Assembly (NCBI RefSeq): GCF_963921235.1
Contig: NC_086100.1
Location: 198,650,001 to 198,714,000, forward strand
DNA length: 64,000 bases
Reading direction: 5' to 3'
Origin: Mobula hypostoma
Lineage: Eukaryota
How positions within the stretch are numbered: position 1 is the first letter of the stretch; each line of letters begins with the position of its first letter. The notes under the pieces are model-generated. The model was not told the DNA's origin. It worked only from the letters and a program-made list of their open reading frames with translations, and did not search any database. A program made the position numbers and the translations under genes. This document shows positions 61,045 to 64,000 of this stretch, in pieces.

Positions 61045-61435
61045 TTGATTATCAGAACAGCACAGTACTAGACCTTCGACCCACAATGTTTTCACCACTC
61101 AGATTAACCTAACCCTTCCCTCCCACATAACCCTCCAGTTTTCTATTGTCCGTGTACCAAACAATCTTTTCAATGCCCCCAATGTATCTTCCTCTACTGC
61201 CACCCCCGACAGGGTGCTCCACACTCCCACCACTCTCTGTAAAAATCCTACCTCTGACATCCCCCCCTATACTCTCCTTTGATCACCTTAACATTATGAC
61301 CCCTTGTATTCGGCACTTTCACCCCGGGGAAAAGTCTTTGGTGTCCACTCTGTACCATTGTACACCACTATAAAGTCACCTCTCACACTCCTTCACTCCA
61401 AAGAGAAAAGCCCCAGCTCAGTCAGCCTCTCCTCG
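61045..61435 (-). mobile_element. CR1 3' end fragment (same family as about 5045-5430 and 5965-6730)
   Basis: CCTTCGACCCACAATGTT...CCTAACCCTTCCCTCCCACAT...CTCTGACATCCCC...CACTCCAAAGAGAAAAG, the reverse complement of the CR1 3' region. Confidence 0.75.
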
Positions 61436-61567
61436 AGGAGTGCTACACTAATGCAAGGAGACAGGTGGCAGTGAGAGAGGGTGATATCAGCACAAGTTGT
61501 CCGTGCTGTGAACTGTGGTTAAACACTGAGCAAATTCACAGCTACACGGATACCAGGCTCAGTCTGC

Positions 61568-61948
61568 GGGTAGGTCAGGTCAGTCTGTGTGTGGGTCAGG
61601 TCAGTCTGGGTGGGTCAGGTCAGTTTGTGTGTGGGTCTGGTCAGTCTGTGTGTGGGTCTGGTCAGTCTGTGTGTGGGTCAGGTCAGTCTGGGTGGGTCAG
61701 GTCAGTTTGTGTGTGGGTCTGGTCAGTCTGGGTGGGTCAGGTCAGTCTGTGTGGGTCAGGTCAGTCTGTGTGTGGGTCAGGTCAGTCTGGGTGGGTCAGG
61801 TCAGTCTGTGTGGGTCAGGTCAGTCTGTGTGTGGGTCAGGTCAGTCTGGGTGGGTCAGGTCAGTCTGTGTGTGGGTCAGGTCAGTCTGGGTGGGACAGGG
61901 TGGGTCAGGTCAGTCTGGGTGGATCAGCATGGGTCAGGTCAGTCAGTC
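61568..61948. repeat. Minisatellite with 19-21 bp unit GTGGGTCAGGTCAGTCT(GT/GG)n, about 18 copies
   Basis: Read directly from the sequence. Confidence 0.95.
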
Positions 61949-62109
61949 TACCTGGAGCAGTTTCAGACCCCTTATCTAACAAAGGATGTGCTGGCATTTG
62001 AGAAGGTCCACGAGAATCTGGAAATGTAAGGGTTACATGTGAGAAGTGTTTGGCGGCTCTTAGCCTGTACTCACTGGAGTTTCGCTTGTGAAGTTCGAGG
62101 TTAAAATGC

Positions 62110-62340
62110 TGCCAAAGGTGCATCTACTAAATACTGACTTGAAGGGGATGAGTAATTATGCTTATTTTGTGCTTAACAATTGTAATAAATTTAGACCAAT
62201 TTGGAGAAATTTGTTTTCACTTTGACAAGAAAGAGTCTTTTCTGTTGATCAGTGTCAAAAAAAAAGCCAGACTAAATCCACTGTGATTTGATGTAGAACA
62301 ATAAAACGTGGGGGTGTGGATGCTTTTCATCGGCACTGTA
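62110..62340. mobile_element. Tc1-like terminal fragment related to the right end of 29429-30895
   Basis: TTGTTTTCACTTTGACA...AAAAAGCCA..TAAATCCACTGTGATT...GGCACTG|TA matches 30770-30895. Confidence 0.75.
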
Positions 62341-62805
62341 CCTACTCTGGCCGCCCTGTTATAGGAAAGACGTCATTCCTCCACAAAGATCATTCACCAG
62401 GATCTGAGGGACTGAGACGAGGGAGAGTTTGGGCAGTGGAATGTAGGAGACTGCCAGGTAACCTTGTCCAAAACCATGAAGGGCACTAATAGGGTGAATG
62501 CAAACAGTCTTTTTCCCCAGGGATCATGGGAGGTCGAGATCTAGAGGGCGAATGTTAAAGGTGAGAGGTGAAAATGATTTATTAGGGGCCTGAGGGGCAA
62601 CCTTTTCACCCAGGAATGAGTGCTAGAGGAAGTGGTTGAGGTGGGTGCATTTGGATAAGTAGAAGGATAGGAAATGTTTCGAGAGATACAGACCAAATGC
62701 AGGCAAACGAGACTGGCTTGGATAGGAATCTGGGCCGGCATGAACCAGTTGGGCCAAAGGGCCTGTTCTCATGCAATAAGACTCTCTGATAGGTTGGAGT
62801 GGATC

Positions 62806-62945
62806 ACAGGCCTGACGAAGGGCCTCGACCTGAAATGGCGACTGTCCATTTCCCTCCATAGATGCTGCCTTCCCTGCTGGGTTCCTCCAGCATTTTGTGT
62901 GTGTGTTGCTCTGGATTTCCAGCATCTGCAAAATCCCTTGTGTTT
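62806..62945 (+). mobile_element. Penelope-like 3' tail copy with decayed hammerhead; other tail fragments at about 3368-3450, 11695-11790, 17080-17320, 28870-28958, 31005-31050, 39430-39505
   Basis: CTGACGAAGGGCCTCGACCTGAAATGGCGACTG...GATGCTGCC...CTCCAGCATTTTGTGTGTG...GGATTTCCAGCATCTGCA. Confidence 0.75.
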
Positions 62946-64000
62946 TTGGTACGGCAACTGCTCTGCCCACGACCAAAAGGAACTGCAGAGAGTTGTGGTC
63001 ACAGCTCAGTGCATCACAGAAACCAGCCTCCCCTCCACGGGCTCTGGCTACACTTCTTGCTGCCTCGATAAGGCAGCCAGCATCGTCAAAGACCCCACCC
63101 ACCCCGGACTTTCTCTCTTCTCCCTTCTCCCTCATCGGGAAGAAGATACAGAAAGCACGTACCACCAGGCTCGGGAACAACTTCGACACTGCTCCAGGAG
63201 TGTGTGACGGAACAAGGTAAGAGGTTAGAGAGCCTGAGAAGACTCCTTTCGTTCCGGTGTGACAGGACAGAGTCATGAGCCAGTGTCACGAGCCAGAGTG
63301 TCCTCTGCGCCCTCAGATTCCGATCCTTGTACTCTGCGCTTCCTGTTAGCTTTATTTGTCACCTGTATATTGAAACATCGAAACATACAGTGAAACCTGT
63401 CGACTGCATCAACCAGCAACCAACACAGTCCAAGGATGAGCTGGGGGCAGCCTGCAATTGTCTGGCACCAACATCGCAGGGCCACAGCTCACAGGCACTA
63501 ACCTCTACGTCTTCAGAATGTGAGAGGAAACCAGAGCACCCGGAGGAAACCGAGTCACGGGAAGAATGTACTAACTCGGTCCCGACAGCGGCAGGAATTA
63601 ACCTGGAACGGTGACCTCCAGCACTGTAAAGGCATTGCGCTAACTGCCATCCTAATTACAGTACCGTCTGCGATGGGTGGCTTGGGGAGTCGAAGGAGAA
63701 TAAAACAGCTCCCAGTGACTCACCACACTGAGACAGATCTGCGTGTTTACTGCAGCCAGTGCACACCATCAATATTTAACGGCAGACCTGGCAGTGACCC
63801 CGGCACCTGCCATTCACTTGTCAGCTAGAGACAGCATCTGGCTGGGCTGTTCAGTGACAGACTGCCAGGGGCATGAAGCACAAATTTAATGGATCACTTC
63901 CTCCAACTCGGATGGGGGAGGGCACGGTGGAACCGTCTGCAATCTCAGCAATGTCACCCACCCACCCAAATACAGGGGTTCCGGGGTTTCACTGGGTTCG

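Noticed and set aside
61465..62029. Gly/Ser/Val/Trp-rich ORFs
   Set aside because: They are translations of the 19-21 bp minisatellite.

Overview
Eukaryotic, repeat-rich vertebrate genomic DNA, most likely from a cartilaginous fish (inferred from the CR1, V-SINE/HE1-like, Rex1/Babar and Penelope repeat content). The window holds the complete six-exon TEX261 gene on the minus strand (CDS 40839 to 7968, 591 nt, 196 aa, all GT-AG junctions read directly) with a CpG-island promoter at about 40.2-41.2 kb. Convergent with it is the terminal coding exon of a probable ANKRD53 orthologue (+, 3913-4707), the same tail-to-tail arrangement as in human. Most other sequence is transposon-derived. It includes CR1 LINEs (one almost intact), Rex1/Babar LINEs, tRNA-derived V-SINEs, Tc1/mariner relics, hAT MITEs and a 13.9-kb array of a 42-bp G-rich minisatellite (46.8-60.7 kb) that produces many spurious ORFs. 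The most notable structure lies just upstream of TEX261: a young Penelope-like retroelement with an uninterrupted RT + GIY-YIG frame and a minimal hammerhead ribozyme in its 3' tail. It sits in a CR1 fragment, which in turn sits in a Rex1/Babar element, and both target-site duplications are visible. Short hammerhead-bearing tail copies of the same family are scattered through the window. Boundaries of old repeats are approximate (read by eye).
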